36,496 nucleotides of DNA from Deltaproteobacteria bacterium. GTDB taxonomy: Bacteria > Myxococcota_A > Polyangia > Haliangiales > Haliangiaceae. Under the pieces are notes generated by a model. The model searched no databases and was not told the DNA's origin. It saw only the letters and a program-made list of their open reading frames with translations. The stretch covers positions 1-36,496 of the forward strand of contig JACCQV010000586.1 of the NCBI GenBank assembly GCA_013813945.1, in the 5' to 3' direction. The number at the start of each line of letters is the position of its first letter. Position 1 is the stretch's first letter. Shown here one piece after another: positions 1-8,013 of the stretch. Position numbers and translations under genes: made by a program.

Positions 1-1
1 C

Positions 2-97
2 GTCAACGCGATCGAGCCCGATAACCGTAGCGGCTACTACTACTCGTATTACGGCTACACGGAGAAGAATCCCGAACCGTCGCAATCCGAGGCGTGA
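2..97 (+). CDS. 3' end of a Wzc-like tyrosine autokinase (BY-kinase / polysaccharide co-polymerase) gene; 5'-partial at the window edge
   Basis: Frame 2 reads from the window edge as VNAIEPDNRSGYYYSYYGYTEKNPEPSQSEA-stop (TGA 95-97). Six Tyr in nine residues near the C-terminus is the Y-cluster typical of bacterial tyrosine autokinases. The polysaccharide-export context agrees. Only 31 codons are visible. Confidence 0.5.
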   Translation, partial: VNAIEPDNRSGYYYSYYGYTEKNPEPSQSEA

Positions 98-1074
98 GAT
101 CGATGACGCCGTTGCACGTCGTCGTCACAGGAGCCGCCGGGTTCATCGGCTCGCACACGTGCGAGCGGCTGGTCAAACAGGGGCACCGCGTCACCGGCAT
201 TGACTCGTTCGACGATTATCTCTACCCGGCCGACATCAAACGAGCCAATGCCGCGGAGCTGGCGAAGCTCCCGGCTGCGCAGTTCGAGCTGATCACCGCG
301 AACATCTGCGATGCCACAGCGATGGCATCGGCGTTGAGCTCCGACGTCGACGTGGTCTGCCATCTTGCCGCCCTCGCGGGCGTCCGGCCATCTCTCGCCG
401 AACCACTACGCTATCTGCGGACCAATATCGAAGGCACGGGCGTGATCATCGAGCGGATGCGTGCGATCGGCCTGCGTCGCCTGGTGTTCGCGTCTTCGAG
501 CTCGGTATACGGCGCCAAGTCTGGAACGCAGATCGCAGCGTTCACCGAGAATGATCCATGCCTTACGCCGGCGTCGCCCTATGCGGCGACCAAGCGCATG
601 AACGAGCTGCAGCTGTCGGCGTACCGTGACCTCTTCGGGCTCGGCGTGTTCGCGCTGCGCTTCTTCACGGTGTATGGACCGCGGCAACGCCCCGACATGG
701 CGATTCACAAGTTCGTCCGCGCGATCTCGACCGGTGCTCCGATCACCGTGTTCGGTGACGGCACCTCGCGACGCGACTACACGTTCATTGACGACATCGT
801 CACCGGCGTCGTCGCAGCCATCGAGCGTGTCGAGGCGGGACGCTACGAGGTGATCAATCTCGGTGGAACCTCCACCATCTCGCTGGCCGAGCTGATCGAG
901 GTGATCGAACGTGTCGTCGGCAAGCGCGCCGTGATCGATCGTCAGGCTGACCAGCCAGGCGACGTGCCGATCACCTACGCCAATATCGACCGCGCCCGCT
1001 CGTTCCTCGCATACAGCCCGACGACGCGCGTCGAAGAGGGCGTCGCCAAGTTCTGGGACTGGTTCCGACGTTAG
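94..1074 (+). CDS. NAD-dependent epimerase/dehydratase (extended SDR), UDP-glucuronate 4-epimerase-like
   Basis: 326-aa ORF. Motifs: Rossmann VTGAAGFIGSH, SSSSVYG, catalytic YAATK, and the RFFTVYGPRQRPDMA block typical of uronate 4-epimerase-type SDRs. GTG 94 overlaps the upstream stop (GTGA). ATG 103 (MTPLHVVVTG) is an alternative start. Confidence 0.8.
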   Translation: MRSMTPLHVVVTGAAGFIGSHTCERLVKQGHRVTGIDSFDDYLYPADIKRANAAELAKLPAAQFELITANICDATAMASALSSDVDVVCHLAALAGVRPSLAEPLRYLRTNIEGTGVIIERMRAIGLRRLVFASSSSVYGAKSGTQIAAFTENDPCLTPASPYAATKRMNELQLSAYRDLFGLGVFALRFFTVYGPRQRPDMAIHKFVRAISTGAPITVFGDGTSRRDYTFIDDIVTGVVAAIERVEAGRYEVINLGGTSTISLAELIEVIERVVGKRAVIDRQADQPGDVPITYANIDRARSFLAYSPTTRVEEGVAKFWDWFRR

Positions 1075-1085
1075 AACACTCATCA

Positions 1086-2165
1086 ATGGAGCTGACGGTG
1101 AATACGAATGCAGCGACTTCATCGTGGAGCGGACCGCTCGCGACGGCAGCGGGGTCCGTCGCAAGTGCGGCAGAGGACCTGGGCACCTCGCAGTGGGCTT
1201 CGGTCATTCGGGCCTGGACTGTGCCGTTCCTGTTTCATGGCATGGAGGAGGTGTTCAATAGCGGCGAGGACCCAACGACCGGGTTGCAGCGCGTCCTGGA
1301 TCGTCTCTGCGACACGTTGAAGACGTCAGCAGCCTCGGGATTCGGTGCTCTCAGCGCACCTGCCGCGGCACGCGAGCAGAGTGTGGCGGTCGAGAAAATG
1401 ACCGGGGAGCACTACGGTCGCCTGTTCCGCGAGTTCAGCAAGGAATCCTTCGCATCGGAACCCGCGCGGCTACTGAACGACCGCCTCACCCGGAACAACG
1501 TCACGCTGCCTGACTTGAAGACAGCTCGCGTCCTCGATGCGGGGTGCGGCGGTGGGCGCTACTCCGTTGCATGGCACCTGCTCGGTGCACATGACGTCCT
1601 TGGTGTTGACCTGTCCGAGCCTGGCATCGCAGATGCCCGCGCGCGTGCGGAGGCGATGAAGCTGCAAGGTGTCAGGTTCGAGCATGCCGATGTCGTCGAG
1701 CTTCCGCTCGAGCGCGACAGCTTCGACCTCGTGTTCTCCAACGGAGTCTTGCATCACACGCGGGACTGGGCGCGTGGCATCGAGCGGTTGGTGTCGGTGC
1801 TCAAGCCGGGCGGCCTCGGCTGGCTCTACTTGATCGAAAACCCAGGTGGCTATTTTTGGGATGTGATCGAGCTCGCCCGCAAGATCATGCGCACCGAAGT
1901 CCACGAGCAAGCGCGCGTAGCAGTCGCGATGCTCGGGATTCCTGCGAATCGCATCTTCTACATGCTCGATCACGTGATGGTGCCGATCAATCTGCGGCTC
2001 ACGACGGAAGAGATCACGGCAGAGCTCAAGAAGGGCGGCGCCCGCGACATCCGCCGGCTGACACGCGGCACCGACTTCGATCGGGTCGAGCGCATCTACC
2101 AGAAAGACTCCTACGCGGTCGAAAAGTACGGTGCCGGCGAGCATCGATTCGTTTTCACCAAATAG
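1086..2165 (+). CDS. Class I SAM-dependent methyltransferase with an N-terminal extension of about 100 aa
   Basis: SAM motif I VLDAGCGGGRYS, followed by GVDLS, FDLVFSNGVLHH and LKPGGLGWLY. The start is uncertain: ATG 1086 lies 11 nt after the upstream stop, and internal ATG 1398 (MTGEHYGRLF) would give a canonical-size enzyme. Confidence 0.75.
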   Translation: MELTVNTNAATSSWSGPLATAAGSVASAAEDLGTSQWASVIRAWTVPFLFHGMEEVFNSGEDPTTGLQRVLDRLCDTLKTSAASGFGALSAPAAAREQSVAVEKMTGEHYGRLFREFSKESFASEPARLLNDRLTRNNVTLPDLKTARVLDAGCGGGRYSVAWHLLGAHDVLGVDLSEPGIADARARAEAMKLQGVRFEHADVVELPLERDSFDLVFSNGVLHHTRDWARGIERLVSVLKPGGLGWLYLIENPGGYFWDVIELARKIMRTEVHEQARVAVAMLGIPANRIFYMLDHVMVPINLRLTTEEITAELKKGGARDIRRLTRGTDFDRVERIYQKDSYAVEKYGAGEHRFVFTK

Positions 2166-2170
2166 CGTGG

Positions 2171-3106
2171 ATGAAGGCACTTCCCCGCGTGACGCCGCTG
2201 GTCTCGATCATGCTGCCCTGCTTCAACTCGCAGGACACGCTGCCGCTCGCTCTCGCGTCGTGCATCGGGCAGTCCATCGATGACTGGGAGTGCGTGTGCC
2301 TCGACGATGGCTCCACGGATCGAACCTCGGAGATCCTCGAGTATGCGGCCGCGCGTGATTCCCGGTTCCGGATCGACCGGTTCACGGTCAATCAGGGGCG
2401 CGGCGCTGGACGGCAGCGCATCCTGGAGCTCGTGCGCGGTGAATACCTCGCGTTCCTGGACTCCGACGACTGGATGTACCCGGAGCGCCTCGCACGTGAG
2501 GTCCGGTGGCTGGAAGCCGACTCCAAGATCGCTGCCGTAAGTGCCTGCGCTGCAGTAACAGATGGACCAGATGTTCTTGTCGGTGTGCAACGCCCGCGTG
2601 CTCCACACGCGCTGCCGACCGTCGCGATGTTCGATCGCCCCGTGCCTCCACCGCTCGTGTTCCCCACGTCCATGATCCGGACGGACCTCGCGAAGGCCAC
2701 AGGCTTTGATCCAGCCTTTCGCCGCTCGCAGGACTCCGACTTTCTGATCAGGGCGCTGCTCGGCAAGCACTACGCCCTCGGATCCGAAATCTTGTACGCC
2801 TACTCGCAGGCCAGCGCAGCGAACCTCGAACGAACTCTCGAGGGCTATCACTACCGCATGCGATCTCATCTCCGGCACTGGCAAGCCCATCCGGTGCGGG
2901 TCATGCGCACTCTCTCGGAGACGGGCGCGAAGATCCTCGCGTATCGAGCCGCCGGACTGCTGGGCATGGAGAGCTCCTTGATTCATCGCCGATGGGATGC
3001 CTTCGACGAAGGTCACCGGCACGAGTTCGCCGCTGCTCTCGCGCAAGTTCGCGTGGCCGAATCGGCGCTGTTCGAATCGGCTCAGCCCGCGACTGGTAGC
3101 CCGTAA
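2171..3106 (+). CDS. Glycosyltransferase family 2
   Basis: N-terminus VSIMLPCFNSQDTLPLALASCIGQSIDDWECVCLDDGSTDRT and DXD motif FLDSDDWMYP. ATG 2171 lies 5 nt after the methyltransferase stop. The track ORF from 1856 is an out-of-frame overlap artefact. Confidence 0.85.
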   Translation: MKALPRVTPLVSIMLPCFNSQDTLPLALASCIGQSIDDWECVCLDDGSTDRTSEILEYAAARDSRFRIDRFTVNQGRGAGRQRILELVRGEYLAFLDSDDWMYPERLAREVRWLEADSKIAAVSACAAVTDGPDVLVGVQRPRAPHALPTVAMFDRPVPPPLVFPTSMIRTDLAKATGFDPAFRRSQDSDFLIRALLGKHYALGSEILYAYSQASAANLERTLEGYHYRMRSHLRHWQAHPVRVMRTLSETGAKILAYRAAGLLGMESSLIHRRWDAFDEGHRHEFAAALAQVRVAESALFESAQPATGSP

Positions 3107-3107
3107 C

Positions 3108-5018
3108 ATGTGCGGCATCGTCGGCGCGCTCCGTCTCGATAGCACCCACGTCAATGGGGAGTGGCTCCGTGTCGCTCGTGACTGTCTGACCCATCGGGGC
3201 CCCGACGACGCCGGGATGCACCTCGAGGGAGGCTTGGGTCTCGCTCACCGTCGACTGTCGATCATCGATTTGTCCGAAGCCGGCCGGATGCCGATGACGA
3301 ATGAGACCGGCGACGTGTGGGCCGTCTTCAATGGCGAGATCTACAACTTCCCCGCGCTTCGAACCGAGCTCGAGGGGCATGGTCACGTCTTCCGCAGTCA
3401 CACCGACAGCGAAGTCGTCGTGCATGCGTACGAGCAGTGGGGCACGGACAGCTTCGCTCGTTACGACGGAATGTTTGCTGTCGCGATCTGGGATCGGAAG
3501 CGCCGTCGTCTCGTGCTCGCGCGTGACATCGCCGGCGAGAAGCCGCTGTACTACTTCCACAAGGCCAACAAGGTCGTGTTGTTCGCGTCGACGATCAGTC
3601 CGCTCCTGACGTCACCCGAGGTCCCCCGTGTGGTCGACCCAGAGGCGTTGCGCTTGTACGCCGAGTTTGGCTTCGTGCCCGAAACTCGTTCGATCATCGA
3701 GGGCGTCCAGAAGGTCGCGCCTGGAACCTTCGTCGTGTTCGAGGACAACCAGGCGCCCGTTCGTCACACGTACTGGAGCTTCAAGGACTCCGTCCTGCCC
3801 AACCGGCCAGAGCGCGAGGTAACGCTCGATCAAGCCACCGATCATCTTCACGAGTTGCTGCGTTCATCCGTGCGCGCGAGGCTCGTCGCCGATGTGCCAC
3901 TCGGCGCGTTCCTGTCCGGTGGCATCGATTCGAGCCTGGTCGTCGCGCTCATGGCGGAGACGAGTGCACGCACGGTGCGAACGTTCACGATCGGCTTTCG
4001 CGAAGCCGCGTTCGATGAGAGCGAGTATGCACATCGCGTGGCCAAGCATCTCGGCGTGGAGAACACGACGATGGTGGTGTCCGCTGCCGATGTCCTACGC
4101 GAGCTCGATTCGATCACCCATGCCTTCGACGAGCCGATGGCGGACTACTCCGCACTCCCAAGTCTCGCCGTTGCCCGCCTTGCCCGCCGACACGTCACCG
4201 TTGCGCTCACCGGCGACGGAGCCGACGAGGCGTTCGGTGGATACCGATACTATGGGGCCACTCGCCTGTTCGAGAAGGTCTCGTCAATCGTGCCGCGAGT
4301 CGTTCGCCGACAAATCGCTCGAGCTGCTGCGCTGGTACCCGATCCGCGTGTTCGACGAGCACTTGCCCGTTCTTCTTCGATCGACGCGGCTGCGTACTTC
4401 GGTCGCAGTGGGTTCTATCGGGGCGCGACCGCGAGCTCCGGCCTGCTTCACATTTTTCCGCCTGACTCTCCCCGCCACTCTCCGGCGGACACTGTCGCGA
4501 GCTACGTCCGATCGTTCCCCCATTTGCGGGCGACGGAAGCCGGCATGTTGTGGGACGCCACTCACACCCTTCCCGGCGCCTGGTTGGCCAAGGTCGATCG
4601 GACAACGATGGCCGTGGGTCTCGAAGCTCGGGCGCCGTTTCTCGATCGTCGGGTGCTCGAGTACGCATTCCAACTACCGCTGGACCATCGCGTCCGCGGT
4701 CAGCAGAAGAAGATCGTCTTGAAGCGAGTACTTGCCCGATATCTCCCGACGGAGCTGATCGAGCGTCCCAAGCAAGGGTTCACCGCCCCCATGCGGACAT
4801 GGTTCGCGAATGAGCTTCGCGCCGAGCTCTACGATCGGTTGTCCCCGGCGCGCGTTGCGCGATTCGGTGTGTTCGATCCGGCTGGCGTTCAGAAACTTCT
4901 CCGAGATCAGACGAGCGGTGCCGCAGATCACACCCAGCTCCTGTGGGCCCTGTTTCATCTCGATCGTTGGTATGACGCGTACATCGAGAGCCCGAAGGGC
5001 ATCAGCTCGGCGGCGTGA
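3108..5018 (+). CDS. Asparagine synthase-family glutamine amidotransferase (AsnB-like), copy 1
   Basis: Starts MCGIVGAL (Cys2 Ntn nucleophile). Carries the PP-loop FLSGGIDSS. 636 aa. ATG 3108 lies 1 nt after the GT2 stop. Confidence 0.9.
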   Translation: MCGIVGALRLDSTHVNGEWLRVARDCLTHRGPDDAGMHLEGGLGLAHRRLSIIDLSEAGRMPMTNETGDVWAVFNGEIYNFPALRTELEGHGHVFRSHTDSEVVVHAYEQWGTDSFARYDGMFAVAIWDRKRRRLVLARDIAGEKPLYYFHKANKVVLFASTISPLLTSPEVPRVVDPEALRLYAEFGFVPETRSIIEGVQKVAPGTFVVFEDNQAPVRHTYWSFKDSVLPNRPEREVTLDQATDHLHELLRSSVRARLVADVPLGAFLSGGIDSSLVVALMAETSARTVRTFTIGFREAAFDESEYAHRVAKHLGVENTTMVVSAADVLRELDSITHAFDEPMADYSALPSLAVARLARRHVTVALTGDGADEAFGGYRYYGATRLFEKVSSIVPRVVRRQIARAAALVPDPRVRRALARSSSIDAAAYFGRSGFYRGATASSGLLHIFPPDSPRHSPADTVASYVRSFPHLRATEAGMLWDATHTLPGAWLAKVDRTTMAVGLEARAPFLDRRVLEYAFQLPLDHRVRGQQKKIVLKRVLARYLPTELIERPKQGFTAPMRTWFANELRAELYDRLSPARVARFGVFDPAGVQKLLRDQTSGAADHTQLLWALFHLDRWYDAYIESPKGISSAA

Positions 5019-5098
5019 CAGCGTCGATCTCAGCTCGCACGTAACGCGAGCATTGGGATCCTCGGCTATGCTCCGACACCGCATTTGGCACGCCATCG

Positions 5099-6160
5099 AT
5101 GAGCGCCTCACTTCGCAACATGATCCGGTTTCCGGCCGCCGCCCGCGGCACGGGCTGCGTGATCGTTGGTGAAGTCGCGCAGTCTCACGATGGGAGCCTC
5201 GGACTCGCCCATTCGTTCATCGATGCGATCGCGGACGCCGGCGCCGATGCGGTCAAGTTCCAGACGCACATCGCTGCCGCCGAGAGTACGCCGGGCGAAC
5301 CGTGGCGCGTGAAGTTCAGCAAGCAGGACGCTTCTCGCTACGACTACTGGAAGCGGATGGAGTTCACAGAGACACAATGGACTGGCCTCAGGCAACACGC
5401 CGACGAGAGGGGGCTGCTGTTCCTCAGCTCGCCGTTCTCTTTGGAAGCTGTCGAGTTGTTGAGGCGCCTCGACATGGCTGTCTGGAAGATCGCATCAGGT
5501 GAGGTGAGCAATCTGATGCTTCTTGAGGCCATCGCAAAGACCAAGCGTCCCATGGTGCTGTCGTCGGGTATGAGCAACCTACAGGAGCTCGATGCCGCCG
5601 TGGCACTCGTGCGTGGTGCCGAAGTCCCGTTCGGCGTCATGCAGTGCACGTCCATGTACCCATGTCCTCCCGACAAGGTCGGGCTCGGGCTCCTCGAGAC
5701 CTATCGTGCACGCTACGGCTGCCCGGTTGGTCTCTCCGATCATTCTGGAACCATCTATCCCGGACTCGCAGCAGCCACCCTCGGCTGCGACATCCTGGAA
5801 ATCCACGTCGCGCTTTCTCGCGAGATGTTCGGGCCAGACGTTCCATCATCCGTCACCACGAGCGAGCTGCGCCAGCTGGTCGAAGGCATCCGGTTCATAG
5901 AGGCCATGCGTGGCGGCGACGTGGACAAGGACGCCATGGCCGAGGAGCTCTCGACGGTTCGCGCACTCTTCACGAAGAGTGTTGTGGTCCGACGAGCCCT
6001 GCCTGCCGGAACCGTCCTTCGGCTCGATCACCTCACTGTCAAAAAACCAGGCACCGGCATTCCGGCTGCCAATCTTGCCGACCTCGTCGGCCGCACTCTG
6101 CGGCGCGAGGTCGCGGCGGACACCCTGCTCAGCGTGAGCGATCTGGAGGACGCGAAGTGA
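5099..6160 (+). CDS. neuB: Nonulosonic acid synthase (NeuB/LegI/PseI family; N-acetylneuraminate synthase-like)
   Basis: VIVGEVAQSHDGSLGLAHSFIDAIADAGADAVKFQTH matches the NeuB TIM-barrel N-terminus. The C-terminal region (VVVRRALPAGTVLRLDHLTVKKPGTGIP) looks like a SAF/antifreeze-like domain. Sugar specificity (Neu vs Leg) is not resolvable by eye. Confidence 0.88.
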   Translation: MSASLRNMIRFPAAARGTGCVIVGEVAQSHDGSLGLAHSFIDAIADAGADAVKFQTHIAAAESTPGEPWRVKFSKQDASRYDYWKRMEFTETQWTGLRQHADERGLLFLSSPFSLEAVELLRRLDMAVWKIASGEVSNLMLLEAIAKTKRPMVLSSGMSNLQELDAAVALVRGAEVPFGVMQCTSMYPCPPDKVGLGLLETYRARYGCPVGLSDHSGTIYPGLAAATLGCDILEIHVALSREMFGPDVPSSVTTSELRQLVEGIRFIEAMRGGDVDKDAMAEELSTVRALFTKSVVVRRALPAGTVLRLDHLTVKKPGTGIPAANLADLVGRTLRREVAADTLLSVSDLEDAK

Positions 6161-7314
6161 AGAAGCGCAGCGTCTGCGTCGTGATTACTGCCCGCCCGAG
6201 CTACAGCCGCATCAAGACGGCGCTCACAGCGATCAACAAGCACCCTGCGCTCGAGCTCAAGCTCGTCGTGGCAGCATCCGCACTGCTCGACCGGTACGGA
6301 AACGCCGTCAACGTCATCGAGAAGGACGGATTCAAGATCAACGAACGCGTGTTCATGGTGCTCGAGGGCGAGAGCCCGACATCGATGGCCAAGACCACGG
6401 GCCTTGGAATGATCGAGCTCGCGACGGTGTTCGATAATCTCAAGCCTGACGTCGTCGTGACCGTCGCTGATCGGTACGAGACCCTCGCGACTGCAGTAGC
6501 AGCGTCCTACATGAACTTGCCGCTCGCACACGTGCAGGGCGGCGAGGTCTCGGGCTCGATCGACGAGAAGGTACGCCACGCAGTGACCAAGCTCGCCGAC
6601 CTCCACTTCGTCTCGACGAAGCTGGCCGGAGAGAGAGTCACGAAGATGGGAGAGGATCCTGCGACGGTGTACTGCACGGGGTGCCCATCCATCGATCTCG
6701 CTGCCGAGATTCTCTCGGGTCCTGAGCTAGACTTCGATCCCACCAAGAAGTACGGCGGCGTTGGTCCCGAGCTGGACCTGTCCAAGGGCTATGCCGTCGT
6801 CATGCAGCACCCAGTGACAACCGAGTACCAGCTTGCTCGCCAGCACGTCACCGAGACTCTTCGCGCCTCGCGAGAGGTCGGCATTCCGACATTGTGGTTC
6901 TGGCCAAATGTCGACGCCGGATCCGACGGCACTTCTACAGGCGTGCGCACGTTCCGCGAGAACGAGAAGCCGACAAACATTCGGTTCTTCAAGAACATGG
7001 AACCGACCGACTTTCTGCGGCTGATCTACAACGCACGTTGTCTGATCGGGAACTCCAGTGTCGGTATCCGCGAAGCTTCGTTCCTGGGAGTCCCCGTCGT
7101 CAACGCCGGTTCCCGCCAAGGCGGTCGCGAGCGAGGCGCGAACGTCATCGATGTTGGATATCATCAGAGCGAGATCGCGGGCGCGATGCGTCGACAGCTG
7201 GACCACGGCCGCTACGCGAGCGACCGCACCTATGGGGTAGGCGACGCAGGCACGCGCATTGCCGATCTCCTTGCCGAGGTTCCGCTCAAGGTCGAGAAGC
7301 GGTTGGCCTACTGA
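6157..7314 (+). CDS. neuC: UDP-N-acetylglucosamine 2-epimerase, hydrolysing type (NeuC/LegG-like)
   Basis: VKKRSVCVVITARPSYSRIKTAL..., ADRYETLATAVAASYMNLPLAHVQGGEVSGSIDEKVRHAVTKLADLHF. GTG 6157 overlaps the neuB stop (GTGA). The track ORF start at 5644 is an overlap artefact. Confidence 0.85.
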   Translation: MKKRSVCVVITARPSYSRIKTALTAINKHPALELKLVVAASALLDRYGNAVNVIEKDGFKINERVFMVLEGESPTSMAKTTGLGMIELATVFDNLKPDVVVTVADRYETLATAVAASYMNLPLAHVQGGEVSGSIDEKVRHAVTKLADLHFVSTKLAGERVTKMGEDPATVYCTGCPSIDLAAEILSGPELDFDPTKKYGGVGPELDLSKGYAVVMQHPVTTEYQLARQHVTETLRASREVGIPTLWFWPNVDAGSDGTSTGVRTFRENEKPTNIRFFKNMEPTDFLRLIYNARCLIGNSSVGIREASFLGVPVVNAGSRQGGRERGANVIDVGYHQSEIAGAMRRQLDHGRYASDRTYGVGDAGTRIADLLAEVPLKVEKRLAY

Positions 7315-8009
7315 TGGATGTGCTCGGAGTCGTCACTGCACGCGGCGGCTCGAAGGGCGTACCGCGCAAGAATATCCGGCTCCTTGGCGGCAAGCCGTTG
7401 CTTGCCTGGACCGCCGAGGCCGCGCTGTCTGCGCGAAGCCTGACGAAGGTGATCCTCTCCACCGATGACGAAGAGATCGCAGCGATAGGAAGAGCCGCAC
7501 ACCTCGAGGTCCCGTTCATGCGTCCTCCCGAGCTAGCGCAGGATCGCACGCCGACGTTGGCTGTTCTGCAGCACGCGGTTGGCTGGGTCGAAGCGCAGGG
7601 CGAACGGTATGACGCGGTTTGTCTGCTGCAGCCGACCAGCCCGCTGCGAACGGCAGCGACGATCGATGGTTGCATCGCAAAGCTCGTCGAGACGGGCGCC
7701 GATGCGGTGGTCACCGTGCTCCGTGTCCCCGCCGAGCACAATCCGCACTGGGTGTACTTCGCGTCTGTCGATGGAGACCTGCACCTTGCGACTGGCGAGA
7801 CCGAGCCGATTTCTCGCCGCCAGGATCTCCCTCCCGCCTACCATCGGGAAGGCTCGGTCTACGTCACGCAGAGAGACGTCCTGATCGAGCAGAGCAGCTT
7901 GTACGGTGCGCGCGTGATCGGATACGAGGTCGACGCGTCGACGAGTGTCAACATCGACTCGCTCGAGGACTGGGCCCGTGCCGAGTCCCTCGTGCGGCCT
8001 GGAGCGTGA
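7314..8009 (+). CDS. neuA: Acylneuraminate cytidylyltransferase (CMP-nonulosonate synthetase), single-domain form
   Basis: MDVLGVVTARGGSKGVPRKNIRLLGGKPLLAWT and LLQPTSPLR motifs. 231 aa, so there is no C-terminal esterase domain. The ATG shares 1 nt with the neuC stop (TGATG). Confidence 0.85.
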   Translation: MDVLGVVTARGGSKGVPRKNIRLLGGKPLLAWTAEAALSARSLTKVILSTDDEEIAAIGRAAHLEVPFMRPPELAQDRTPTLAVLQHAVGWVEAQGERYDAVCLLQPTSPLRTAATIDGCIAKLVETGADAVVTVLRVPAEHNPHWVYFASVDGDLHLATGETEPISRRQDLPPAYHREGSVYVTQRDVLIEQSSLYGARVIGYEVDASTSVNIDSLEDWARAESLVRPGA

Positions 8010-8013
8010 CCCG

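Noticed and set aside
5033-5051. A 6-bp stem, GCTCGC-acgtaac-GCGAGC, in the 80-nt gap between the AsnB-like gene and neuB.
   Set aside because: The stem is short, there is no T-tract, and no accompanying promoter motifs were found. It could arise by chance in GC-rich DNA.
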